This document shows, piece after piece, positions 1-14,248 of a DNA stretch of 64,000 nt (its first letter is position 1; every line of letters begins with the position of its first letter). Both the position numbers and the translations under genes were made by a program. Origin of the DNA: Lytechinus pictus (lineage: Eukaryota); the NCBI RefSeq assembly GCF_037042905.1, contig NC_087245.1, forward strand, positions 36,334,001 through 36,398,000, written 5' to 3'. Under the pieces are notes generated by a model that worked only from the letters and a program-made list of their open reading frames with translations, had not been told where the DNA came from and searched no databases.

Positions 1-2910
1 ATATCATGCATATTGCCTATTTATTGGCAATTTCACCATTTTGGATCACCCATTGACATGATTGAGGCATAAGGGCATTTCTACTATACAGTATATCATA
101 CAGCCATTGTTATTTTCTTGCTATTACTTGGAGAGGAAAGCATGGGCTTTGGTATATCAGCTACACATTATTAAGAAGCGCTTGCACATCGAAACCTAGC
201 CCTCTCAGGGGCTGTCTTAGTCAACCTCTCCCCCTCTATATTATGTTTATTGCCTGTGTATTGGAAATTACACCATTTTAAATCACCCATTGAGGCAAAA
301 GGGCATTTCTACTATATAGTACAGCCAATTTTATTTTCTTGGAATGACTTGGATAGGAAAGAGTAGGCTTTGCTCTATCAGCTATATATAAACAAGTGCT
401 GGCAAATAAAAGCCTACCCCTCCGGGATGCAGTTGAAATCACCCCATGCCTTTTGCATTATTGCATATTTATTGAAAAATTCACCATTTTGAAGCCCCAT
501 TTAGGCAACAAGGCGTTTCTGATTTATAGTTCTTCCACTTTTACTGCCTTGAAACCACTTAGGGAGGAAAGAATAGGTTTTGCTTTATCATCCAAATATA
601 AAGAAGTGCTGGCAAATAAAAGCCTACCCCTCCGGGTGGCTGTTGGAATCACCCAATCCCTCTTTCATTATCGCCTATTTATTGGAAAATTCACCATTTT
701 GGAGCCCCCATTTATGCAAAAAAGCGTTCTGATATATAGTTCTACCACTTTTACTGCCTTGAAACCACTTGGGGAGGAAAGAATAGGTTTTGCCTTATCA
801 GGCACATATAAAGAAGTGCCGGCAAATAAAAGCCTGCTCCCTTCAGGGGACTGTCGAAATTACTCCCCCCCCCCCCCTCTCTTGAAATTCACCATTTTGG
901 AGCCCCCATTGAGGCAAAAAGGCATTTCTGATATATAGTTCTGCCTTTTTTCACCCTTGAAACCACTTGTTGGAGAGAAAAGAATAAGGGCTTTGCTTTA
1001 AACAGCTACATATAAAGACATGCTCGAAAATAAAAGCATATCCCCATGAGAGGGCTGTTGAAATCACCCTGCCCCTTTTTCATTATTGCTTACTTATTTG
1101 AAAATTCACAATTTTGGAGCCCCCATTGAGGCAAAGAGGCGGTTCTGATATATAGTTCTGCCACTATTACCGCCTTGAAACTACTTGGACAGGAAAGAGT
1201 AGGCTTTCCTCTATCAGCTATATATAAAGAAGTGGCTCTACTATATACCAGAAACACCTTTTTTGCCTCAATGGGGGCTCCGAAATGGCGAGTTTTCCAA
1301 TGAATTGGCAAAAAATCGTAAAAAAGGTTGGGTAACATCTATAGTCCCCTGACGTGGGCCAGGCTTCGATATGGCAGCAATTCGACATATATAGCTGAAA
1401 GAGGGGAATCCACTCTCCAAACTCTTCCTCTCCAAATGGGTTCAAGAAAATGAAATCGGGTGTTTATACAGCAGAAGTGCATATTGCCTCAATGGGGCTC
1501 ACAAATTGTGAATTTTCAAATAATTAGGCAATAATGCAAAAGGGGTGGGATGGTTTGACAGCCGCCCACATTGGTAAGCTTCAATGTGCCAGCACTTCTT
1601 TATAGAGCAACGCATATTCTGTCCTCCTTAATTGGTTTCAAGGGAGTAAAAGTGGCAGAACTATATATCAGAGATGCCTTTTTACCTCAATGGGGGCTCA
1701 AAAATTGTGAATTTTCCAATAAATAGGCAATAATGCAAAGGGGGTGGGGGTGATTTCGACAGACCCCAGAAGGGGGTAGGCTTTTATTTGCCAGCACATC
1801 TTTATAGCTGATAAAGCAAAGCCCATTCTTTCCTCTCTAAGCGGTTTCAAGGCAATAAAAGTGGCAGAACTATATATCAGAGACGCCTTTTTGCTTCAAC
1901 GGGGGCTCCAAAATGGTGAATTTTCAACAAGTAGCCAAATACCGAAAATTAGTCGGGTAACTTTTACAGCCGCCTGAATGAGATAGACTTCAATTTGCCA
2001 ACACTTCTTTATATGGAGCTAATAGAGCAAAGCCTACTCTTTCCTCTCCAAGTCATTGCAAGAAAATATAATTTGCTGTACTATATATTAGAAACGCCCT
2101 TTTGCCTTAATGAGTGATCCAAAATTGTGAATGTCCAATAGATAGTCAAATACCGAAAATTGGTGAGATAAATTCTACAGCCCCCGAACATTCTGAAGGG
2201 GATAGGCTTCGATTTGCCAACACTTCTTTACAGCTGATATGGCAAAGCCTACTCTTTCTTCTCCGAGTCATTGCAAGAAAATAAAATTGGCTGTACTATA
2301 TAGTAGAAACGCGCTTTTGCCTCAATGGGTAATCCAAAATGGTGAAATATCCAATAAAATAGGCAATATACATGATATAGAGGAGGGGGTTGACTTAGAC
2401 AGCCCCTGAGAGGGCTAGGGTTCGACGTGCCACTGCTTATTTATATGTAGCTGGTAAACTCTACTCTACCCTACACTTTCCTCTCTAAGTGGTCTCAAAT
2501 CAATAAAATGGGGTGTACAACAAAGCACAAACGCTTTTTGGCCTCAATGTTGTGAATTTTCAAATTAATTGGCAATATCAAGCAAAAGCTCCCCCTCCCC
2601 GAGAGGGGTAGGCTTCGATGTGCCACTTCTTTAGATGTAGCTGGTAGAAAAAAGCCTACTCTTTCCTCGCCAAGTGGTTTCAAAGCAATTAAAGTGGATG
2701 TACTGTATAACAGAAATGCCTTTTGCCTCAATGGGTGCTCCAAAAACAATTATTTTTCTAACAAATAGGCAATATACAACATGATATAGCAACGGGGGGG
2801 GGGGGGGGGGGGACTTCGACACCCCCACCCCCTAAAAATGTTAGGCTTCGATGTGCCAACATTTTGTTTTATGTAGCTGATAGAGAAAAGCCTACTCTTA
2901 ACTCTGCAAG
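1..2910. repeat. Diverged ~200-240-bp tandem repeat array that inverts orientation at ~1232
   Basis: The motif aattcaccattttggagcccccattgaggcaaa recurs at ~30, 268, 478, 688, 886 and 1102. Its reverse complement recurs at ~1283, 1503, 1702, 1911, 2121 and 2337 onward. Confidence 0.92.
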
Positions 2911-2917
2911 TGATTAA

Positions 2918-3541
2918 CTAGCGGAGATAAGAGCATTTAAGTTTTAACTATACATTATACATACATGTATTATACATGTTATACGTATTAATCTATGAAA
3001 ATGCATACAAAAAGCGACATTTCTGAAATTGAAGTATTCAAGTTTGATACCTTATAAATTTGCTAAAAAGAATGATACAGAGTTGAAATTTCATCCACAT
3101 GATAATAGTATATCAATAAAGTTTTCAGGATTATTTCAAGGTAATTGATTAATTTTTCATAGAATTATGTAAAATCATGTATTTGTAAAATTTTTAATTT
3201 TTGGGAAAAAATTACAAAAAATGTAGTTTTCTACTTAAAATCTCAGCCAAATAACCTACTTATCCCCTATAAATAGTACCAAATTGTAGGAAATTTATTT
3301 GGCTTTTAAATGATACTAGTTTTATGGCAATTAAATGCTTATGTCAAAATCTATGTACGAAAATTCAAATTCTCGGAAAATATGGCGGCCATTTTGAAAA
3401 AAGCGCCCTCACAGGTTAATTTTCAGGATACAGCCTGTTTACCTCATATATTCATATTCAGCGTAAAAAACTGGTCTAGAGGCACTGTATGAAAATTTCT
3501 CCTTCTCCAAGTGGCACCTTGCTCAGTTATAACCCGGACTA
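2918..3541. mobile_element. Probable right end of an Academ-like non-autonomous DNA transposon
   Basis: Ends ...ttataacccggacta (TAGTCC- terminus as in the 52549 element) and contains the ggcggccattttga motif seen in that family. No partner TIR in the window. Confidence 0.4.
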
Positions 3542-4959
3542 ACTGGGGCTTAACACCTGGGTCTCATTCATTTGTTGTGCTAAAGCTCTTTTCTCGCGCA
3601 AAGTTTAACATTAACATTGGATTTATATTGAAGAGGTACATGTGGCGCTCTTCCTATTTTTTTTCAATTAACTTTTATTTTAGAAATATTTTTAAATATG
3701 AATGGGTGATTTCAAGTTCAGTGTAGACCTTTTGGTGTTTGTGTTAGGTCAATTTTTACACAATTATACCACCAAACATAAAATGAAGATGGTCCCGAAA
3801 AGTCACTCACTAGTTGTTGAGATGTAAATAATGTGATCTGGATCAGTTATACAAACTCTGAATAAGTTTTGGAGCTAGGGGAAGCAATCCAAATTTCAAC
3901 TCCAACACCACTCACACGTATTGCGAGGTTAGTATTAGTATATTACTAACCTCGCACCACGAACCGCGTTTGGCAGTGGATTTCTAACTAGTGGGTTGCG
4001 CGTGCTGGGATCTCACTTCTTGGGTCCACAACACACGACTTCTATGGCTTGATTTTTCTGTGCGCGGCGGCATGTAATGAACCCTTGGGTGCGCCAACAC
4101 CAAGGCCAACGCCAGACTTGAAATCACCCAATGCCCACTTGAATAATAATGCACTGCCTTCCAGACTAGTCTCAATGAATATAATTATTGCAAAAAATAT
4201 TTTATCCTGCACTTCATGAAATAGATGTATTCTGAATCAAGATCTAATGTATGCAGGCATTTACCATACTACTGAGTCCATACAGATATTGCACACTTCC
4301 CTATACTGGTGGCTTGTGCATCACAAATGCAGAGTCATGCTATTCCATAGAGAGCACATTTGGTTTATACTAGCCAGTACACTAAAGATTCCCTTTTTAA
4401 GTCTTTCCTCATGAAAGCACACAAAATGTGGAATTTACATACATCAGCAAAATAAAAGACAGTAGGTAAATGTATTTTAATTGATACACATGAATGATAC
4501 AGAGTAATTTCTTACCAGACCTAGATAGCCACATGTGCTGAATACAGTAGTTCCTGTATATTAAAGCACACACGCCCACCTTGGTCCCACAGTCTACACA
4601 ATGCTCAGTACACACAATAAAGATTAGATACACTGGAATGTATTATCATGCCAATAGGCCTACCACGTACATGCCTACATACATGTACATGTACACAGTG
4701 CACTCAAGTGAGAATGCCTGTCTAAGTAGTCTATTTTTAGACTTTAATAACTGAGTTTAGTGCACTCCTTCTTTCGACTGATGACACAAATGTTTGAATT
4801 CTGTTTACTCTCAGGCCAACTAAATTTCAAAATAATTATGGAAAAAAAATGTACATCTTCTAATTCCTCACCATTACTTCATTTTGGACAATAATGGCAA
4901 ACCAAATGCATAACTAGGCTTGTTTTCGTAGACTATTCTGTACAAAGTCAGAATCTTAA

Positions 4960-5522
4960 AGGTGAAGTTCATGTCAAAGAAAAGTTTATAGTAAAATGAA
5001 TTAAAAATACCAGAGAAAATTATTGAAGGTTTGAGGAGAATCCATCAAAGATTAATAAAGTTATTAGAATTATTTTTTCTTTTATCCTCTTAATCGAGGT
5101 TTTTATTCACAATAACATGTACATACATGTACATGTATATATACAATTAGAATTTTAACTTTTGTTTGTGACATAAAAAAGCAGCTGCCCCATATTATTG
5201 TTGTGTAATATTGATAAATTTCAATTTTTTAGTGGTTCATGATGACTAAAAAAAAACTTTCAGGAGCGAGCATGAAATAATATGTTTGTTGATATACTGA
5301 AGGCACAATAAAAAACATTCTCAAATTTGTGAAAAAATGGCATTGCATCAATTTTCAACTACAAAATATAAAGGCTCTTGGAAACTCTCATTATGACATC
5401 ACAAATAAAAAAATATATTAAAAAAATTTAATCTTTGATTTTCCTCAAATTTTCACCAACATTTCTAAAGTATTTTTCCTGCTGTTTCAACAATAAGCTT
5501 TTTATCAGGGTGAACTTCCCCT
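4960..5522. mobile_element. Kolobok-type MITE, degenerate
   Basis: TTAA|AGGTGAAGTTCA ... TGAACTTCCCCT|TTAA, with an internally palindromic body. Confidence 0.75.
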
Positions 5523-6312
5523 TTAAAATGTGAACTTTGACTTCTATTAGAAAGAGCCTGGTCCCAGACAATAGATTAATTGTAGGTTTGTTTGTTGTTG
5601 TTTTTTTAAAGGATGAGGATGTGTCAAATTATTTCAGCTAGAGTACTTCACTTGTATAGGCTACTGTGGGGTCACAAGTGTATGGAAAGAGGCAGGGAGA
5701 AGAGTCCATAAGTATCTTTATAATTTAACTTAAGATAAAACTTATGGTCCTACATGTACATGTAAATGACCATACATACATGTACTAGAGTGTTGCAAAA
5801 ATAAGGGCTAAATGAGGGTAAAATTTGATACAGGCCCAAAAAACGTCCTTTATGTTTCTAATCAATCTGTATTCAAAAGCAGCTTGGGCTAGACTTTCAA
5901 GTACAGCTCTTTAAATATTGGTACAGTCACTACGGTGTACATTCAAAAATGTAGTTTGACATTTTTTAAGTAATTGAAGTACAACAGTAATCTAAACACA
6001 ATGAACATGTAAAGTCTGGTACAAGTACATCAAGCCCTCAACCTTGAGTTCAATCAGAAAGCAAATGTTGGTGTGCTTTTTGTACTTTTTTTTCGTAAAA
6101 GGCTCTATTACACAAGTTGCCCAAACTCAAAGTCAGATGAGGGTTGACTATTTCCTTGAGTGTGACTTGGAAAAGGCTAGTGATTGATTATGATGGCCTT
6201 TGATGTCTGCTATTTCCTGGGTTATCAACTAGAGGTCAACATGCAAGCAGATTCAACTAGTATCACCTATGGCTACAGTACAAAGTTCACTTACATGTAT
6301 CATGGACCTAGT

Positions 6313-7171
6313 AGGTGGTTTCAGACCGCCTCGAAGTTCGTCAGTTCCAGGTATTCTCTGAATGGGAAATTTACCCCGATCAGAAAATACCAGGTATTTT
6401 GGTAATGTGAAAGCAAACTACGCGTAATATGCCCGAAAGAAAATACCCGCTAAATAGTAGGTACTTGGCGAAATTACGAAATTACGAGAACTTTCGCTGG
6501 GATTTTTCCAAGGTCGTGGGTATTTTGGCAATCTGAAAGCAAACTACGAGAACTTGTATCCCATCGATCACCGCGATAAGTGAGTTTCCGGTTCATAGCC
6601 CGCGCTGTTCGATATGCATGGATATGCGAGGCCTTCCGAGCGAGAAAGCCAGCGCCAGTACAGTGCATGCAGAATACGTACACTTTTCATGCGACGTGAC
6701 TCAGGGTACGACTTTGACTAGGCGGTTGAATCTTCTTCTTAAAAAGATAGTTTTATGAATTAAGGGTGATATTTACCGGTATTCTAAATTTTCATACCAG
6801 ATGACATCGCACTGGAGTGAGGAGGCCACCAAGGCCTTAATTTCAATGTGGAGAGAAATCTAGTGCAATTGCAGATGATCAAGGGAACAAATGATTTGCG
6901 CATACGATTGAGTATAGTTTGTACGTGCTAGAGCTAGGCCGGCCGCAGGTGGATTTCCCTCCCCGGCCGTCCCCCGATCATACCGCTAAAAGCGCGCGCT
7001 TCTTCGTCTGCTACCAGACAGTACTGTGCATGCTCATAACTTCGAGAAATTTCCCCAAAGAGTGTTTCGGGGCGGTCTGAATGTGGGAATAATTATCTGG
7101 TATTTTTGAGCATGTAAATGATCTCATAATTTAACGGGGATTCTTGTGATCGAGGCGGTTTGAAACCACCT
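6313..7171. mobile_element. Harbinger-like MITE, long variant
   Basis: TIRs aggtggtttcagaccgcctcga / tcgaggcggtttgaaaccacct. Both arms are shared with the copy at 23432-23905. No clean TSD. Confidence 0.8.
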
Positions 7172-9779
7172 ACTGTATGTAGTGTTTAGTGACTTGGCAT
7201 ATTCCCACCACATCCATCAGGAAATAATCCCCCCCCCCAAAAAAAAAAAAATGTTCAAGCCTAAAAACAACCTGATGATATATTTTTGCAACAACACATA
7301 CATGTATTGCACATGTAGCTGAACCACACAGTTCTCATTATTACATGTATGATCCTGCTTGCAACAAAACTATATTTATATGCAAAAACTTTGTTCAGGA
7401 TGTGCATCCTTTCAAAAGATTCTTTTTTTCTGTAATAACTTTTTTTCTCATTACAAACATCCTGCACTCTTGGAGAAATCCCTGTTGAAAATTGCCTACT
7501 AATAATACCTAGAAGATGGGAGTTGTTTCCTTTTGATAAGGGGTATCGCAAACACTTCTGAAATACAAGGTATACATGTATTTCCCCTATATACAGCATG
7601 TGAAAAAGGACAAATGTACAATGTATAACAAGAACAATTTTCCTGGTATCACATCACAATTTGCGCACTTTTTTTTCAAGATTTGCTACACAAGTCTTTG
7701 TGTAGAATTTTACTTTCTTTTTACACAATGTTTTTGCAAATTGGGCTAACCCTGCCTATAGTATTGTTTAGCCCTTCAAAATAGCAGTCAGCCGGGCAAT
7801 TGCGGTGCTAAGAGTGATAGTCCGAGGATAAGATAGCTTGTGTAAAAAGAAACCCGGCATGTGTGTATAACCACCCTTAGAATCCAAAATTGCTTTTTCT
7901 GTGAAGAAACAGAATGGTTCATGCATATTCACCTCTTACAAGCAATGATTTTGCTTTTATATGAACACTCAATTTTTTTATTCTCGATAATGGACTTCAT
8001 TGCACTTCTCAACAACCTGAATTAAATGACATCGATCCTACTGTATGTGGTTGCAGTTGAGATTATGTGTGTTCGTACAATGTATACCCGTACATGTACA
8101 CTGTAGACAAGGTTGATATTACAAATTAGAAATATTTAGATATGCACAGAAAAAATTTGCAGTGTTTCCTGGTTTTATTTTAATGAAACCAAAGCTCTAG
8201 AACTTGTTTTTTGGCCAAGTTTTATTTGCTGCTTATTTGGCACAGCTTTTCACTGATATCTGCATTGATTTCATATTCAAATTACATGCACCTGGCATAG
8301 CAGTTGTGGCCAAATAAGAGGCAATATGGAGAAGAAAAGAAATCACAAAAAATATAGTGTAAAGCTGTGGGTCACACACTAAAAACAATTCCAAAGATAT
8401 TTTCTTTGCAAGTCATTTGAAACTACAGTGTATTTGAATTTGTAATCTTGAAAACAAGAAAATGATCTGACTTTACATGTATGTATAATGCTAAAATGGC
8501 AAATGCATGAAATCACAACTCAATCCACATATGAATGACATAAAATCTATTGAAAGGAAAAGGTATGTAAGAAATTCAGTACCATTTTAAAGACTAAAAA
8601 AATATCCATCTTAAGATCTACATTGTAAATCTCATCTTGGCCCGACATATAACGTACAGTAGACTACTAGACTACGTTTACTATAAATCGTTCACAACTT
8701 CACATGATATTACATGTACATTTCAAACCTTTAAATTAATAGAACTATGGAAATAGTACTACCCAGTAGGATTTCTTGCTTGAATTTATAGCCTGTAATA
8801 TGTATTGTTATGGCCATGGCCACATTTATTGGTGTTGTTGCAACTCAAAATTATTCTGCTCAGGGCGAGAAGTGAAGAATCATATCATTATTACCAGAAG
8901 TTGTAAACAATCATGGCAGCATGAGTGCAATGATATCGTAACATTCTGTAATGGGATTAATAATTATTCAAGCTTGAAAATTTCAGGTCTTTGACACTCC
9001 GATCAGTCTGAATGTCTGATGTACAATTATACATGAAGGCCTACATGTATTTCTTTCTTTTATTTCTTGGTCCACCAGTCTGGAGAAAAATGCAACGCTG
9101 ACCAGCAGATGGCCTATTGGTTGACACCGATTGAACGGTCAGTTCAGTCTATGCCATTTATCACACTCTCATCTTAATCAATAGAGGTGGGCTATAGAGG
9201 GTGACATTTTCAGAACATGCTCATCACACCTTAGTTTGATGAATTAGTGCACACTGACACCATAATCAGAAAAAAAAATGAAAAAAATCCGAAATCCAGG
9301 GTGCCCCGGCCGAAAAACCCGAAAATCCAAGATGGCCGCCGGATTGCCTTAAAAAACATGTTTTGGGCCATAACTCAGTCACTTTTTCATCCCTTAGCCT
9401 AGTTTTGGTGTCTAAACCTATGTTTTGGGGGTCACTGAACCCATTTATAGTATTCATTTTTATATATTAGTGTTAAAATTCATGTTATATCAGTATTTAA
9501 TCAAATTTCTACTTATTTCCCCAATGTGCGAATTCTTACAATATTATTCCAATAGATGACGTGTGCATCACAATTAACAGTTTAAGCCTTCCTTTTTTCC
9601 CTTCTTGTCTCATGCCCATTATCCCAAATTTTATATCCACTTTGTTTTGTTTGTAAGTATGCACAAGTAGTTACAGCACAGCTCCCTTCATCACCGCATG
9701 TAATGTACATGCATCACTATTACCACTCGAGCTCCTCATTACTACAAACATCAAATAGCACCATCCCTTAACAGTCAGC

Positions 9780-11330
9780 ACATCCTAGCTTCTACACTTG
9801 TTGTGTGTGAGCCACACATGTGAGGATTTTGATGCAGGCAATATCTCTACCCTTGTTCAGCATGAAGTCAAGTTAGGGCTTCGTGAAATTTATTGCATAC
9901 ATGCCGACCCTGAAATCCTTCCTCAAGAAGAGTGTGGTCATAGCAGCATTACAGGCACTGACAAAACTAGTAAGTTATGACGGACACAAATCATCCATGT
10001 AGGACCTTCGAGTGTGAGGTTGCATCTGCAGGCAAAACAAGAACAGCCTCTTCAATGAACATCGATTTGGTCTTATGGCATACACTGCTGCAGCCATTCT
10101 ATATCACATCCCGGAGTATGAGGCAACATTGCAGAACACCAAATCCAAGTTCAAGCCTGCCATCTGTACCTTGAGTGTGACTTAATCATGATAGTATTGA
10201 AGGTATTGGCCTGGTTCACATACTGCATAATCATCACATTCCTTAACATGGTAGAAGTTAGCTCACAGAATGATCTAGTGACCATCATCCCACGTCTTCA
10301 TGATGATCTGCTGAATAACAAGACAGACACACTCTCTTCATACACGGTTCCATACTCTTTCCAAGTTGAAAAACCTGAGAAACTGTAGGCGTGTATTTGC
10401 AGCAAATGTGTCAGCAAGCTGCCAAAGATTTTAGCCACTCAGAGAGGATGTGAGTATGGATATCAGCAAACGGCAGAAATACGTTTGGCAGAACCTAGAG
10501 CAACTTAACTCCACAAACTCACACAAGAAGATCTCACCAATCTACCTTCAAACAATTTGCAGTGTGAGCAGGATCTGTCAAATTTTGACAAACTAGCAAA
10601 GCAGTCTGCTGCTGCTTCCAATAGAAACTTCACTACCAAGAGTATTTGAGATGATATGACCTTGAACAAGGCTGGTGTAGTTACTGGAAAAAGTGACCCA
10701 TAACATTGCAGAAGTGTTGGATAAGAGTGAGCAGAAATGGGTGGAAGAGCAAAACATCCTCTCTCGGGAAAAGCTTCAGCGGAATGTGGCCCAAGCGGTA
10801 GAGTACCGGGTGTGTGCATAGGCTGTTACAGAAATGTAAAAAATGGGGAGGTCAATTAAGAAACGTTGATGAGCTTCAGGAATGCCTGGATACCCAAAAT
10901 TCAACCAAGCTTAAAAAACTATGTTACGTGCAGAGCTGTCATATCGCAGACACATATCCCATCTAGATTACTTGGTACGCCCACACTTGTATAAGGTCAA
11001 CCAACTACGTGAAACAGAAATGAAGGTGAACTTGACTATTCTATTGACTGGAGGAGAGTCTGATAATCTCCCTGCCCCTGGTCTGCCTACTGAAGATGAC
11101 ATGCATTCAATCTAAAGCCACCCAATGGGATCACACAGCCAACTGCCCATTCCAACCTTGAAGAAAATACTGACAAAGAAGTGGGCATCAATGAGTTCTG
11201 CAGTGTGATATGGGATTATGACGATGAACGAAACTGGTACCTCGGTATGTGTCGAGACCAACATCATGAGGCATATGAGATCGAGCACATGGAAAAAGAC
11301 TTCTAAGATTGAAAGGGACAGATCAGCATT
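9780..11330 (+). pseudogene. Disrupted transposase, C-terminal portion, hAT-like
   Basis: Frameshifted fragments: FNEHRFGLMAYTAAAILYH, VQACHLYLECDLIMIVLKVLAWFTY, QRGCEYGY, LPSNNLQCEQDLSNFDKLAK (10533-10664, resembling the hAT P-x-N...E-R-x-F-S motif, with in-frame TGA at 10647) and LRAELSYRR...RPHLYKVNQL. Confidence 0.65.
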
Positions 11331-11417
11331 AGCACTGGAGATGGCCAAAGCACGCTCATGTACAGACAGTACTGCCGATGTAGATTCTTCCATGTAATGT
11401 AATTGGCTCATGGGATA

Positions 11418-12256
11418 GGGGAAGGCGGGGTAAGTTGAGCATAGGGGCAAGTTGAGCCACCACCCCCAGGCTAATAATGAATGAGTCAGACATTGTGGTG
11501 GTGTCATGTATTGATGACCCACTGCATAACCCTCAACCCCACCACATTGTTTTCAACTTTGAAACAAAAAGTACCTTTTTAGAGGGAAAAATACAAATTT
11601 CAGCCAAAAAAGTAAAAAAGGGTGTGAAATAGATAAGTGCTTTTTACCCACACACATCTTTGAATATATTATAGAAATAAGGACAATATTGTTAGTCCAG
11701 GTATGGATTCTCAATCTTGCCATAGTCTTTTACATGATGGATGCATAAGAAATGTATGGAAGTGAAAATATCGCAAAAAGTTCGGACGGGGCTAATTTAA
11801 GTCAACCAACATGGGGCAAGTTGAGCCATGGTAACTCATATGGTAATATATAATTAAAAAAAAATAAAAAACATAAAAAGCCATTGATATGCAGGCAGAA
11901 AGGAGCAAATTCACATGACAGTTCTTTTACTTTTAGAAGATGTAAGGATTTATAGAGAATTAGCAAGTGAAAAAACTTTAAATGAAAAATTGACATCCTG
12001 GTTCTCCCGCATACATTTTGTACATAGTTTTTGTGGCGCAACTTACCCCAGAGATGGGGCAAGTTGAGCCATTTGACATCAGTTTTTTCAAAGGTCACAA
12101 CGATTTTCAGTGTGGGGGTAGAAAGTTATATATAGGTGAAAAATATTTCCCAAGAATCAAATTTAAAGCCAAGGTACTTATTTCTACAATATTACTAGTC
12201 ATATCAATTCTAACATGCAAAATGCAAAAAGTGTCACAACTTACCCCGCCTTCCCC
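11418..12256. mobile_element. Tc1/mariner (pogo/Fot1-like) MITE nested in the hAT element
   Basis: TA|GGGGAAGGCGGGGTAAGTTG ... CAACTTACCCCGCCTTCCCC|TA: perfect 20-bp TIR, TA TSD and internal copies of ggggcaagttgagcca. Confidence 0.88.
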
Positions 12257-14248
12257 TACATCTTCCAGCAGAAACATTACATTTGTGCTTGACAATTGGC
12301 ATATCATAGAAAGCTAATTCAAGTCATTTTCCAAATAAAAAAGTGGAATTTTATAATACTCTCTGACTAGAGGTCTGATGATCAAACAATTGGTACTTTA
12401 AAGCAGATACAGTATTAGAACTGGCTCCACAGTTACTGTGCCTGCCGACTCGGAATTCACCAGCCAGATAGGTTTCTGGGTGCGCGACACAGTCATGTAT
12501 GAAGGTTATTTGTATATTTCTCGCTGTACTGTTTAAAGTACAAAAAAACACTTTTCGTAGCTAGAGTTTATTATTAAGGGTATCATAGCTAACATGACTT
12601 GAAGAAAATACAGAAAATAAAATACAAAATTTGCGGTTGGGGTACGGTAGGGGTGAAGGAGAAGGAAAATTTAACATTAAATATGGGGAAAATGTGAGTA
12701 TTATGTAGAAGAATAGGTTTTACACCAAAAATATCATTATATTTAGTTTCTCTGACCCCCAAAACATAGGGTTAGACACCAAAACTATTACAATAGACAA
12801 AAAAATGACTGAGTTACAGCCAAAAATGTCTTTTTTTTAGGCGAAACGGCGGCCATCTTGGATTTTTTACGATTTCGGTCAGGGCACCCCGGATTTTACA
12901 TTTTTTTCATTTTTTTTTTTTTTAAGTGGTGTCAGTAGGCACAAAGTCATCAAACTAGGGTGTGATGAGCATGTTCTAAAAATGTGACCTAAATTTGACC
13001 CTCTATAGCCCACCTCTATAATCAAGAACTTTGAGTGTTAACGTACTTTGTAAACCTTGGAAAGCAAAGGCAATGTACACTTCTTACACGTATAAAATCA
13101 ACTTCGTGGATATATTATCAGAAGCTTTGAACCATGATTGCCTTTTCTCCATGCAATACATACTAGTACATGTGTACAAACTTGGCTTTATGTAGTCTCA
13201 TACTGGGATAACCATTTCTGGGGATTTTTTTTTTAATACTAGACCTATGTATTTATTGGTGAGTGGAGCCAACATAGCTTAGCGGAACAAACATGTACAT
13301 GTACATGTACATGTACAGAGGCTGAAGCTTTTGGTCTGTCCCATATGACTGGCCTTGTACGTGTAGAATATTTACAAAATAATAGAAATTCATTGAGGAC
13401 TTTAAAATCAAAATGTAATATGTAAGACCACCACCAGTACATTTATGTCCATTCCATTTGAATTGCATATATCAGCCATGTATTGCATTACTTGAATGCA
13501 AGCACAGACACAGTAAAAAGGTCAACACATATCAACCGAGTTGAATGAATAAGCCTAGCCATGGGATTTGTTTGTAATGAGAAGTAATAATCCACGATTC
13601 CTTGGTACACATAGAATTATAAATGATTCCAAATACAATCACATAAATCATATACTCACGTCCAAGAATGGAAAAATCATATCATAAAATGCATAAACAC
13701 CCACGTGCTTCCCTGTGCTGTAATCTGCTTTATTCTAGAACTCCACTCTCATTGTACATGACCATAATGAATGTGTGTACCGTACATGTACATGTATGTG
13801 TACTGAATAGTACTGAAGACTGGTATACACACACACACACACACACACACAGGCACTTGCAATGCAGTTACTAAGGGTCTACTTGACCTATTGTAACACC
13901 AAGGTTTTATTAGTCTACAAAGTTCAGACCAATACATGAAATCAAAGTTATTGGGCATCACAACAACTAAAGGTTATTGCTGTGCATGGTCCATTTAATT
14001 GAAATCGGAATCCCTACATCAAGTAAAACAAATCTAGTAGACAACGAAGAACTTCATGACATGAATATTAGAGACTCCAAGTCGGATTCACACAGGTCTG
14101 AGCCCCAAATGGTATCATGTGCAAAGCAAATCATTGATCCCATTTATTGATGAGTCTACCCCCAACATGGTCTCAAATGGGCTCTTCTAATTCCTGATTG
14201 TCTAGCAGCACTCATGTCTGGTTTACAATCAGTTTTGACTGAGTTTAA

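Larger units (their letters stand above)
9182..13018 (+). mobile_element. Decayed hAT-type (hATw-like) DNA transposon with ~290-bp imperfect TIRs
   Basis: Termini TAGAGGTGGGCTATAGAGGGT ... ACCCTCTATAGCCCACCTCTA; direct repeat TAATCAA at 9175-9181 and 13019-13025; internal transposase remnants. Confidence 0.88.

Noticed and set aside
396..938. 180-aa ORF with an internal repeat
   Set aside because: Chance reading through 210-bp satellite units; neighbouring units have stops and indels.
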